DNA of 64,000 nucleotides. It comes from Octopus sinensis. Lineage: Eukaryota. Below are positions 1 to 12,586 of this stretch, in pieces. The first letter of the stretch is position 1, and each line of letters opens with the position of its first letter. The stretch lies in NCBI RefSeq assembly GCF_006345805.1, contig NC_043002.1, positions 118,048,001 to 118,112,000 on the forward strand, given 5' to 3'. A program made the position numbers and the translations under genes. The notes beneath the pieces were generated by a model. That model searched no databases. It was not told where the DNA came from and saw only the letters and a list, made by a program, of their open reading frames with translations.

Positions 1-261
1 GCATGGTGTTGTATCTCCATTAGTACAAGCACATTACCTCTGGAGGTACAACATGCAGACAGGCCCAGCCAGTGAAGTGTGCTCACCAAGTGCTGCTGTG
101 AAGAAGCAGAGAGAGAGAATGAGTCTGCTTCTGTTTTGTCCTTATATACAGTTTGCCATCGCCAGCCTCGTTCTGATCTTGCGCATGGCAAATGGATGAA
201 GATGTGGTCTCGCTCCAGTTTCGGAGATGACAGTGACTGACGGTGCTGGGTAGCACTTATA

Positions 262-2302
262 TTGTTAGAAATAAGAGTTAAAAGGGCTATTAGAGATAAG
301 CGACAGGCTTGGAAGGACTGGAAGAATGGTGGTAGCAGGGAATTGTATCAGACTGCCAAAAGGGAAGCTAGGAGACAGGTCTATTTAGCCAGAGCGAAAG
401 CAGATAAGAAAAAATTTGCCAATGTTCTGCACCGTGAGGACCAAAGACTTGGGGTATTCCATGTTGCCAGACAATGTGTGAGAGAGAATCGTGACGTGGT
501 AGGAGAGAAATGTGTTCGCATGGATGATGGCTCACTTGTGCTGAATGAGGATGCAAAGAGAGCAGTTTGGAGACGCTACTATGAAAGGTTGCTGAATAAA
601 GAAAATGAATGGTATAAAGAGAGTCTGCCGAATGTTGACCCAACAGAGGGACCAGCTATCCAAGTTGGCAGTTCCTTGGTAGTTAAGGCAATTAGAAGCA
701 TGAAGACAGGGAAAGCCCCAGGCCCATCAGGAATTACTGCAGAGATGCTCAAAATATCTGGTAGTGTCGGCTATAGCCTAGTCACCCGTATAGTTAACCA
801 GGTGATACACGAAGGAGTCATACCCAATGACTGGTGTAGCAGCATACTAGTCAACTGCTACAAAGGTAAAGGTGACGCTTTAGATACAAATAATTACAGA
901 GGTATCAAGCTGTTGGATCAGGTAATGAAGGTTACGGAGAGGGTCATAACCCAACTAATTAGAGAGAGAGTTAGTTTAGATGAGATGCAGTTTGGGTTCG
1001 TGCTAGGGAAAAGTACTACTGATGCTATATTCCTGGTAAGGCAGCTGCAGGAGAAATACCTAGCCAAAGATAAGCCCCTGTACCTGGCTTTTGTTGACAT
1101 GGAGAAAGACTTTAACAGGGTCCCCCGATCCCTTATCTGGTGGTCAATGAGGAAACTAGGGATAGATGAATGGTTAATGAGAGCTGTGCGAGCCATGTAC
1201 AGGGATGCCGCTAGTAATGTGAGGGTTGGCAATGAGTACAGTGAAGAATTCCAGGTAGAGGTAGGGGTCCACCAAGGCTCAGTCCTCAGCCCCCTCCTAT
1301 TTATCATAGTCCTCCAGGCAATAACGGAGGAATTCAAGACAGGATGCCCCTGGGGGCTCCTCTATGCTGATGATCTTGCTCTAATTGCTGAGTCACTATC
1401 AGAACTGGAGGAGAAGTTTCAGGTGTGGAAGCAAGGATTAGAATCGAAGGGCCTCAAAGTCAATCTAGCTAAAACCAAAGTCCTAATAATCACAAACGCC
1501 TTCAGGTAGATGGCCCTGCTCAATCTGTAGAAAAGGTGTAGGTAGAAACTCTATAAGATGCACCAAGTGTAAGCTATGGAAACATAAGAGGTGCAGCAAT
1601 GTCAAAGGAAGGCGAACTGGGAAGATAGTTTTTGTATGTGGCAGATGCTCAGGAGCAATATACACTGAAAATGCTCTGAGACCAACTTCTGCCACATTGC
1701 AGGGAGAAAAACTAGAAATAGTTGATAGCTTCCGTTACCTAGGTGACCAAGTCAGTAGCGGGGGTGGGTGTGCTGAAAGTGTAACTGCTAGAGTAAGAAT
1801 AGCCTGGGCAAAGTTCAGAGAGCTCTTACCTCTGCTGGTGACAAAAGGCCTCTTGCTCAGAGTAAAAGGCAGACTGTATGACGCGTGTGTATGAACAGCC
1901 ATGCTACATGGCAGTGAAACATGGGCCGTGACTGCTGAGGATATGTGTAAGCTCGCAAGAAATGAAGCCAGTATGCTCCGATGGATGTGTAATGTCAGTG
2001 TTCATAATCGACAGAGTGTAAGTACCTTGAGAGAAAAGCTGGACCTAAGAAGCATCAGTTGTGGTGTGCAAGAAAGACGTTTGCGCTGGTATGGTCATGT
2101 GGCGAGAATGGATGAAGATAGTTGTGTGAAAAAGTGCCATACCCTAGCGGTTGAGGGAACCTGTGGAAGAAGCAGACCCAGGAAAACCTGGGACGAGGTG
2201 GTGAAGCACGACCTTCGAACTTTAGGTCTCACTGAGGAAATGACTAGAGACCGAGACCTTTGGAAGTGTGCTGTGCGTGAGAAGACCCGGCAGGACAAGT
2301 GA
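262..2302 (+). pseudogene. Disrupted RTE reverse transcriptase ORF with an embedded C4HC3 (PHD-like) finger at 1511-1648
   Basis: RT motifs as above. The frame from 1511 reads WPCSICRKGVGRNSIRCTKCKLWKHKRCSNVKGRRTGKIVFVCGRC and is in frame with ORF 1697. Confidence 0.88.
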
Positions 2303-2755
2303 GACCATAACCCGAGTTGTGCCAGTCCACTTATGCATACCTTTCCTTCTGGGGACACAAAACTCCACTTGTGAAGACCTGTTGAGGCAAGTGAGAATCG
2401 AAATCGATCAACATCAATGGAAATTGCAGCTGTGATACCAGTGCCGGTGGCACATAAGAGAACCATCCGAACGTGGCCGTTGCCAGTTCCGCCCCGACTG
2501 GCCTTGTGCTGGTGGAACATAAAAAGCACCATCCAATCGTGGCCGTTTGCCAGCCTCGTCTGGCACCTGTGCCGGTGGCACGTAAAAAGCACCCACTACA
2601 CTCATGGAGTGGTTGGCGTTAGGAAGAGCATCCAGCCGTAGAAACATTGCCAGATCAGACTGGGCCTGGGGCAGCCTTCTGGCTTCCCAGACCCCAGTTG
2701 AACCGTCCAACCCATGCTAGCATAGAAAGCAGACGCTAAACGATGATGATGATGA
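275..2755 (+). mobile_element. RTE-clade LINE, 5'-truncated, with RT, C-terminal region, 3' UTR and (GAT)n tail
   Basis: ORFs 262-1509, 1697-1894 and 1901-2302 carry KAPGPSGI, NYRGIKLL, QFGF, AFVDMEKDF, GVHQGSVLSPLLF, LLYADDL, FRYLG and RLRWYGHVARM. The element ends in ...taaacgatgatgat. There is one frameshift (~1490) and one stop (1894). Confidence 0.93.
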
Positions 2756-2954
2756 TATATATATATACATACATATATATATATATATATATATCCATCT
2801 TACCATTAATGGTGCAAAACTGAGTATTACCATGCTGGTTAATAAATGATGAAGAATTAGGGACCCTCTGTATCTGTCTCCTGTCTGGTTGTTCCCTCAG
2901 AATACATATATGTTTTTATTTGTCTTTGTTTATTTACAATGCATTTTTAAATGA

Positions 2955-3456
2955 AATTATCTGACTGGGTTCCCCCTGCTTGTGTGGCATGGTGCAGAAT
3001 CCTGTTGCCAGACACAGGGTCTTCCAGCATCCACTCTCTTGACCCGAGGTAGCACTTTTTCCTCCAGGCACTTGGTGTAGGCATCCGTGTTGAGTTTGAG
3101 GGAAGATGAATGGAGGCATAACATTGCCATCACTAGTGATCACTCCAAACACCATGATATTGACTGGATGTTTGATTTTATCCCTCTCAGTACATATCCT
3201 CAGATTGCACTGTCCTCAGATTGAGACCCAAACACTCTGAAATGTTCATATTGGAACTTCTGGCATGAATACCAAGTAGTATAGCATGTCATTTTCAAAT
3301 TTCTGATTGAGTGAGCAGTGTCATGCTGTTGTTTTCTCACAGATGGTACCCAACTGCCCCTACTATACTGTGTAGTTGATAAAATCAAAAACAAACGATG
3401 TGCATGCGTGAAATTAAAATTATAAACTGGCGACAATTTACCCATCGCACGTTGTA
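2955..3456 (-). mobile_element. Internally deleted maT/Tc1-mariner-like DNA transposon remnant
   Basis: MVFGVITSDGNVMPPFIFP resembles the transposase at 30.8-32 kb. The terminal region resembles 46250-46382. Confidence 0.7.
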
Positions 3457-3459
3457 TAT

Positions 3460-4162
3460 ATTTTATATCCTGGTGTTGGATATATAATTTAACAAAGCAG
3501 TGGGAAAGAAGTATTTACACGATGCACTATGATTACTATTACATGAGGTCAAATGCTCTCTGCCAATGGCTCACAGTGAACTGCTTGCCCATCAATTGCT
3601 CACAGTTCTTTATTCTATAGCAATGTGTCAGCCACTTTTATTCACATGGGGGTGATTGGAATCCTTTCACAACATCTTCCTTTTTTAGAATTAGTCTCCC
3701 TTAACTTCTCCCCTCTTGAGAATTAAACTCTGCTCAGAGTTTTAATATCTCTTACACTTAGGGTTCATTTCCAGTGTTTCCATTCTTTTCTGGTGCTAGT
3801 ATGTGCAGTTTCAAATTGTTTGGGTGTTGGTACCTCAAACATGTCATACAATACTTCCGCTGGGATTATAATTCTTGTGGCTGATTTTTCTTTGAATCTT
3901 TTTTTAAGTTGGTTAATATATCTTTTATGTTAAAATGATTTTTCTTTGTACTGAAAAAAGAAAAATTTTAAATGTCCAACACAAGCTTTGAACAACTCAT
4001 TGCCACTTTTATATCCTGGTATTGGATATATAATTTAACAAAGCAGGGGGAAATATGTATTTACACAATGCACTACAATTACTGTTACATGAGGTTAAAT
4101 GCTCTTTGCAACAATGAACTGCTTTTAGTCACATGGAGGTTGTTGGAATCCTTCCACAACAA
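3460..4162 (-). mobile_element. Decayed Penelope-like element fragment (GIY-YIG region) with a partial direct duplication
   Basis: The minus strand gives remnants such as GKQFTV..SCNS..LNYISNT and HPNNLK. 3460-3670 is repeated at ~4007-4162, as expected for pLTR-type duplication. Confidence 0.45.
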
Positions 4163-5489
4163 CATATACATACATCCTTGTAACTTAGCAGTTTGGAAAA
4201 AGCGACTGATAGAATTATAAAAATGATAAGTACTGCGGTTGGTTTGTTCAACTAAAATCCTTCAATATGGTGACCCAGCATGGATGCTATCCAATGACTG
4301 AAACTAGAAAAAGAAAGTTTAACAAAAATATTTGTACAGAGTTTAGTTACAATTCCCTAACAACGTCCAATAAATGAAATAGATAAAATAAATAAAATGA
4401 ATAAATAAATTAATTAAAACAATAAATGAATTTTTCAGAAATACATTTTAAAATGTTATTGAATATGTTTTTAAGTACTTATCATTGTATCATTCTGTAT
4501 TGACACAGACCTCGTTTACAATTAACAAAGGAAGAATAAAATGAAAATTAATTGTAAATGGCAGCTTCTTTATCAGGAATAATGATTTGCCAGTATTAGA
4601 GAAATTGAACATTTGTTAATGTAGAAACGGAATAGAAACGGTAGATATCTGATGTTTCAGAACATCATTAAGGATCAATACAAGTATTTGCCTCTCAGAA
4701 AACTAAGAGCAAATATACATTCAGAAGAATACAATTTCCCTTTCCATATATTATGATTCATTTGCAAACAAATAACTGTACTCTCACTTAAGCATCTTTT
4801 ATAAAATGATAATGAAGTTTACCTTGATACAATATTCAGATGTTCTAATTAAGAACCTATGATATGCAATTATAATCAATAGGACTTTGCAGACCTACTT
4901 ATATTGTTTTTGCTAAAATATTTTTCTTTTGTAACTGAAATCTTTTATTTCTGTTTCTAGATGCATGAAATTTTCCTTTTTTTACTTCCCTGACTTTACA
5001 AATCCTGTATCTGAATCAGTAGCAGCCTCAGCTAAATTTCTTACTTACTTTTTGGCATCTTTATTTTTATCAATTTCTAGAGACTATTGTGGGCTGGCGT
5101 CAATCTTATGGTATCTATCAATTTTGTTTATGACTGTCCACTTCAAATACATGGTTATAAGAGGTTTCTGGTGAGAAAACTCTGTCTGGAATAAATAGTT
5201 TGAATACCATGAACTCTCAAAAAAAAAGAAAGAAAAGAAATAAACTCTTTTATACATTTTCAAAGACTCCATAATAATAATAATAACAACAACAACAACA
5301 ACAACAACAATAATGATGATGATGAGGATGATGATAATAACAATAATAATAATAATAATAATATAATAATAATAAGATAATGATAATAATAATAATAATC
5401 ATCATCAATAATATAATAATGATAATAATAATGATAATGATAATAATAATAATAATATAATAATAATAATAATAATGATAATATGATAA

Positions 5490-5522
<33 letters not shown>

Positions 5523-5543
5523 AATAATAATATAATAATGATA

Positions 5544-5576
<33 letters not shown>

Positions 5577-5629
5577 TAATAATAATACAATAATAATAAT
5601 AATAATGATGATGATGATGATAATAAAAT

Positions 5630-5676
<47 letters not shown>

Positions 5677-5703
5677 TAATAATAATATAATAATAATAAT
5701 AAT

Positions 5704-6890
5704 AAAATCTGACATAGAAAGACTATATATACAACGTATAGAAGGTGGTAGAGGCCTTATACAGCTGGAAAACTACTATAAAATAACCACCATAGGACTG
5801 CAAAAATATCTACTTCAGAAGGAAGGAAAACTGATCCAGATAGCGGCAAAACACGAGCAAAACAAAAAACTGTTCTCAGTATTTAAGGAAGCTGACAAAT
5901 ACAAACAAGAAATCATACCACCTAATAAACATGAAGAAGAAGAAGAAGAAGATGAAGAAACAACAAAAGCTATAAAACAAATGAAATCCAAACTAAAAAT
6001 AGAACAGCAACGAACCATGATAAACATGGCAAGAAAAGCCCCTTCATGGTAAATACTGGACTAAACTAAACGCAAAAGAAATAGACAAAGAAAAATCCCA
6101 GCAATGGTTGAGAAGCTCAGGACTCAAAGCAGAAACAGAGGGATTTTTAATTGCAGCACAAGACCAAAGCCTCCCCACCAGAAATTACCAAAAACATGTA
6201 ATGAAAAGAATATTACAAGTAACTGCAGAATATGTGGAGATGGACAAGAAACAATAAATCATATTATATCTAGCTGCCCAGTCCTGGCTAAGAAGGAATA
6301 TATTCACAGACATGACAGAGTTGGAACCTACATACATTGGAAGCTATGCCAACATTATGGAATAACAACAGAAAAAAGATGGTATAGGCACACACCAGAC
6401 AAGGTCACAGAAAACGAGAAAGCAACCATACTCTGGGATATGCCGATACACACAGATAGAGAAATTAAGGCCAACAGACCAGATATAGTTGTCAGAGATC
6501 ATGAAGAAAAAAAAATGCTTTCTAATTGATGTATCAAACCGGCAGATGACAACGTGTCTCTAAAAGAAATTAAGAAACTCTCAAAATACAAAGACCTGGA
6601 AATAGAGGTAACTAGAATGTGGAACCTGAAAACAGAAACAATTCCTATCATAGTAGGTGCATTAGGCATGATAAAAAAATATTCAGACAAATACATAACA
6701 AAAACACCAGGACTTACAAACACATATAACATACAGAAAATTGCACTACTAGGCACTGCACACATCCTACGCAGAACACTTTCCATACAATAACCATCAG
6801 AGCATCACAACAAATCACAGCACATACCAAGGCACACAGAGCTGCGCTCGGTAGTGAAGTGAAAGCACGCTATAAAAATAAAACTACTGA
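5704..6890 (+). mobile_element. R4/Dong-clade LINE 3' fragment (copy 1)
   Basis: GGRGL motif, CCHC knuckle CRICGDGQETINHIISSC, RHDRV, RPDIVV and KLSKYKDL (restriction-like endonuclease). Flanked by TAA repeats, the known Dong target. Confidence 0.92.
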
Positions 6891-6902
6891 ATAATAATAA
6901 TA

Positions 6903-6933
<31 letters not shown>

Positions 6934-6935
6934 TA

Positions 6936-6970
<35 letters not shown>

Positions 6971-7020
6971 TGATGATGATGATGATGATAATAATAATAA
7001 TAATAATAAATAATAATGAT

Positions 7021-7055
<35 letters not shown>

Positions 7056-7106
7056 GATAATTTCTACTACAGACTCAAGGCCTAAACAACACACAGTAAT
7101 AATAAT

Positions 7107-7634
7107 GCCCTGATGCAGTACCAGGCACTAACTCTCATGGCTTCTGATCTTATCATGTACATTGTTTTGTCTTGGTATAAAAGATGGGCCACAGCAAATA
7201 ATTTGCTCAATACCACAGATTTGCTTGTCAGTTTTTTACCTTAACCAGTTGAGCATGTCCCTTAGTGGCTGACGATATATGCATCTCTGATCACGAGCAG
7301 AAGTAGTGGGGGAGCATCATAGCCATGTGTTGAGAGGGATTCTTTAGGGCTTGAATAATTCACATCTGGAAACACAGGTATTTCATTCAACATCCTTAAC
7401 TAATCCTTATTCAGGGACCTTTTGAGCGGGATGGGCTACTCAACCTGAAGAAAATTCTAACTGGCCCCACCTGCAAGGTCATGTGCTGTTTATCTTGATA
7501 TGAGATCACCATGTCGCGCACATATGGTTGTAGTGCATGTGCCTGGCATCAGACAGGTAGACATGATGGGTATACTGGGCTTCATATATTTTACCCCAGT
7601 GTCACTTTGATGGCATGCACTGCTCTCTCACTCA
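7107..7634. mobile_element. Unclassified ~530-bp non-coding interspersed repeat inserted in (TAA)n
   Basis: Near-identical copy at 11179-11706 and a diverged partial copy at 10518-10927. All copies abut AAT repeats. Confidence 0.7.
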
Positions 7635-7647
7635 ATAATAATAATAT

Positions 7648-7858
7648 CCTTTCTACTATAAGCACAAAGCCTAAAATTTGGGTGAGGGGACTAGTCAATT
7701 ACATCAACCCCAGTGTTTCACTGGTACTTAATCTATCGACCATGAAAGGATGAAAGTCAAAGTTGACCTCAGCAGGATTTGATCTTGGAACGTAAAGATA
7801 GATGAAATTCCATTGAACATTTTGCCTGGCATACTAACAATTCTGCCAGTTCATTGCC
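7648..7858 (-). mobile_element. tRNA-derived SINE (same family as 50094-50325)
   Basis: The reverse strand reads aaggcaatgaactggcagaattgttag...gactttcatcctttcatggtcgatag...aagtaccag. A duplicate lies at 11721-11934. Confidence 0.75.
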
Positions 7859-7933
7859 TTAATAATAATAATAATAATGATGATATAATAATAATAATGA
7901 TAATAATAATAATAATAAATAATAATAATGATG

Positions 7934-7969
<36 letters not shown>

Positions 7970-7999
7970 TATATAATAATAATAATAATGGTGATGATG

Positions 8000-8044
<45 letters not shown>

Positions 8045-8189
8045 TGATGATAATAAATAATAATAATATAATAATAATAATAATAATAATATAATGATGA
8101 TGATGATGATAATATTAATAATATAATAATGATGATGATGATGAGATGATGTGATGATGATGATGATGATGATGGTGATAATAATAATA

Positions 8190-8236
<47 letters not shown>

Positions 8237-8350
8237 ATAATAATAATAATGATGATGATGATGATGATGATGATATGATGATGATGATTATGATGATGAT
8301 GATGATAATAATAATAATGATGATGATGATGATAATAATATAATAATATA

Positions 8351-8397
<47 letters not shown>

Positions 8398-8437
8398 TGA
8401 TGATAATATAATAATAATAATAATAATAATAATATGA

Positions 8438-8511
<74 letters not shown>

Positions 8512-8560
8512 AATAATAATAATAATAATGATGATGATGATAATAATAATAATAATAATA

Positions 8561-8592
<32 letters not shown>

Positions 8593-8899
8593 AATAATAA
8601 TAATAATAAAAATAATAATGATGATGATGATAATAATAATAATAATAATAATAATAATGTCACTTAGCGGTTCGGCAAAAGAGACCGATAGAATAAGTAC
8701 TGGGCTTACAAAGAATAAGTCCCGGGGGTCGATTTGCTCGACTAATGGCGGTGCTCCAGCATGGCCGCAGTCAAAATGACTGAAACGAGTAAAAGAGAAA
8801 GAGTAAAGGAATCTTTATCATCCAAAATTTATATCAGACTCTGAATAATCAATGATGATGATATAATAATAATAATAATAATATAATAATAATATATGA

Positions 8900-8930
<31 letters not shown>

Positions 8931-9097
8931 GATGATGATGATGATGATGATAAAATAATAATAATAATAATAATATGATGATAATAATAATAATATAATA
9001 ATAAAAATAATATAATAATGATGATAATAATAATATATAATATAATAATATATAATATAATATAATAATGATGATGATGATGATATATATAATAATA

Positions 9098-9141
<44 letters not shown>

Positions 9142-9225
9142 AATAATAATAATAATAATAATGATGATGATGATAATAATAATAATAATAATAATGATGT
9201 GAGATGATGATGATGATGATGATGA

Positions 9226-9276
<51 letters not shown>

Positions 9277-9299
9277 TAATAATAATAATAATGATGATG

Positions 9300-9336
<37 letters not shown>

Positions 9337-9338
9337 TG

Positions 9339-9372
<34 letters not shown>

Positions 9373-9470
9373 TGATGATGATAATAATAATAATAATGAT
9401 AATAATAATAATAATGATGATGATGATGATGATGATGATAATAATAATAATAATGATAATGATGATGATG

Positions 9471-9541
<71 letters not shown>

Positions 9542-9565
9542 ATGATGATGATGATGATGATGATG

Positions 9566-9599
<34 letters not shown>

Positions 9600-9620
9600 T
9601 GATGTTAATAATAATGATAA

Positions 9621-10390
9621 TCAGGACTCAAAGCAGAAACAGAGGGATTTTTAATTGCAGCACAAGACCAAAGCCTTCCCACCAGAAATTACCAAAAACA
9701 TGTAATGAAAAGAAATATTACAAGTAACTGCAGAATATGTGGAGATGGACAAGAAACAATAAATCATATTATCTCTAGCTGCCCAGTCCTGGCTAAGAAG
9801 GAATATATTCACAGACATGACAGAGTTGGAACCTACATACATTGGAAGCTATGCCAACATTATGGAATAACAACAGAAAAAAGATGGTATAGGCACACAC
9901 CAGAAAAGGTCACAGAACGAGAAAGCAACCATACTCTGGGATATGCCAATACACACAGATAGAGAAATTAAGGCCAACAACCAGATATAGTTGTCAGAGA
10001 TCATGAAGAAAAAAAATGCTTTCTAATTGATGTATCAATACCGGCAGATGACAACGTGTCTCTAAAAGAAATGGAGAAACTCTCAAAATACAAAGACCTG
10101 GAAATAGAGGTAACTAGAATGTGGAATCTGAAAACAGAAACAATTCCTGTCATAGTAGGTGCATTAGGCATGATAAAAAAATATTCAGACAAATACATAA
10201 CAAAAACACAGGACTTACAAACATATAACATACAGAAAATTGCAGTACTAGGCACTGCACACATCCTACGCAGAACACTTTCCATACAATAACCATCAGA
10301 GCATCACAACAAATCACAGCACATACCCAAGGCACACAGAGCTGCGCTCGGCAGTGAAGTGAAAGCACGCTATAAAAATAAAACTACTGA
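9621..10390 (+). mobile_element. R4/Dong-clade LINE 3' fragment (copy 2)
   Basis: Nearly identical to 6117-6890, with CCHC and RLE motifs and the same 3' end ...aaaataaaactactga. Confidence 0.92.
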
Positions 10391-10517
10391 AACTAATAAT
10401 AATAATATAATAATAAAATAATAATAATAATAATAATAATGATGATGATAATAATAATAATATAATAATAATAATAATAATAATAATATAATGATAATAA
10501 TAATAATAATAATAATA

Positions 10518-10927
10518 GTTTGACCTTAACCAGTTGAGCATGTCCCTTAGTGGCTGACGATATGTGCATCTCTGATCACGAGCAGAAGTAGTGGGGGAGC
10601 ATCATAGCCATGTGTTGAGAAGGATTCTTTGGGGTTTGAATAATTCACCTCTGGAAACATGGGTGTTTCGTTCAACGTCCTTAAACAACCCTTATTCAGG
10701 GACCTTTTGAGCGGGATGGGTTACTCGATCTGAAGAAAATTCTAACTGGGCTCCACCTGCAAGGTCATGTGCTGTTTATCTTGATATGAGATCACCATGT
10801 CGCGCACATATGGTTGTGATGCATGTGCCTGGTGTACCCTTATCAGACGGGTAGTCATGATGGGTATACTGGGCTTCGTATATTTTACCCCAGTGTCACT
10901 TTGATGGCATGCTCTGCTCACTCACTC
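10518..10927. mobile_element. Partial copy of the unclassified (TAA)n-associated repeat
   Basis: Homologous to 7237-7634 but with its own substitutions and an extra tgtaccctt segment. Confidence 0.7.
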
Positions 10928-10946
10928 AATAATAATAATAATAATA

Positions 10947-11028
<82 letters not shown>

Positions 11029-11060
11029 TAATAATAATAATGATGATAATAATAATAATG

Positions 11061-11128
<68 letters not shown>

Positions 11129-11132
11129 GATA

Positions 11133-11934
11133 ATTTCTACTACAGACTCAAGGCCTAAACAACAACAACAGTAATAATGCCCTGATGCAGTACCAGGCAC
11201 TAACTCTCATGGCTTCTGATCTTATCATGTACATTGTTTTGTCTTGGTATAAAAGATGGGCCACAGCAAATAATTTGCTCAATACCACAGATTTGCTTGT
11301 CAGTTTTTTACCTTAACCAGTTGAGCATGTCCCTTAGTGGCTGACGATATATGCATCTCTGATCACGAGCAGAAGTAGTGGGGGAGCATCATAGCCATGT
11401 GTTGAGAGGGATTCTTTAGGGCTTGAATAATTCACATCTGGAAACACAGGTATTTCATTCAACATCCTTAACTAATCCTTATTCAGGGACCTTTTGAGCG
11501 GGATGGGCTACTCAACCTGAAGAAAATTCTAACTGGGCCCCACCTGCAAGGTCATGTGCTGTTTATCTTGATATGAGATCACCATGTCGCGCACATATGG
11601 TTGTAGTGCATGTGCCTGGCATCAGACAGGTAGACATGATGGGTATACTGGGCTTCATATATTTTACCCCAGTGTCACTTTGATGGCATGCACTGCTCTC
11701 TCACTCAATAATAATAATAATCCTTTCTACTATAAGCACAAAGCCTAAAATTTGGGTGAGGGGACTAGTCAATTACATCAACCCCAGTGTTTCACTGGTA
11801 CTTAATCTATCGACCATGAAAGGATGAAAGGCAAAGTTGACCTCAGCAGGATTTGATCTTGGAACGTAAAGATAGATGAAATTCCATTGAACATTTTGCC
11901 TGGCATACTAACAATTCTGCCAGTTCATTGCCTT
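11133..11934. repeat. Duplicate of the 7060-7860 block (unclassified repeat plus SINE)
   Basis: Near-identical sequence, including the junctions. Confidence 0.9.
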
Positions 11935-11956
11935 AATAATAATAATAATAATGATG

Positions 11957-11996
<40 letters not shown>

Positions 11997-12043
11997 TGAT
12001 AATAATAATAATAATAATAATAATAATATTAATAATAATAATA

Positions 12044-12128
<85 letters not shown>

Positions 12129-12145
12129 TGATAATAATAATAGTA

Positions 12146-12191
<46 letters not shown>

Positions 12192-12317
12192 TAATAATAA
12201 TAATAATAATAATATAATAATAATATGATGATGATGATGATGATGATGATAATAATAATAATATAATAATGATGATAATATAATAATAATATAATAATAA
12301 TAATATTAATAATAATA

Positions 12318-12399
<82 letters not shown>

Positions 12400-12416
12400 T
12401 GATAATAATAATACTA

Positions 12417-12459
<43 letters not shown>

Positions 12460-12544
12460 TAATAATAATAATAATAATAATATAATAATAATAATGATGA
12501 TGATGATGATGATGATGATAATAATAATAATAATAATAATGATG

Positions 12545-12583
<39 letters not shown>

Positions 12584-12586
<3 letters not shown>

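Noticed and set aside
1-261. GC-richer segment with a minus-strand TATA-like motif (possible LTR or promoter)
   Set aside because: It is cut by the window edge, and there is no partner LTR, primer-binding site or transcript evidence.
2441-2590. Regularly spaced ~25-bp repeats resembling a CRISPR array
   Set aside because: The spacers are homologous to each other, the context is a eukaryotic LINE 3' UTR, and there are no cas genes.
4480-5230. Coding-like composition on both strands
   Set aside because: Frames are short and stop-ridden, with no recognisable motif.
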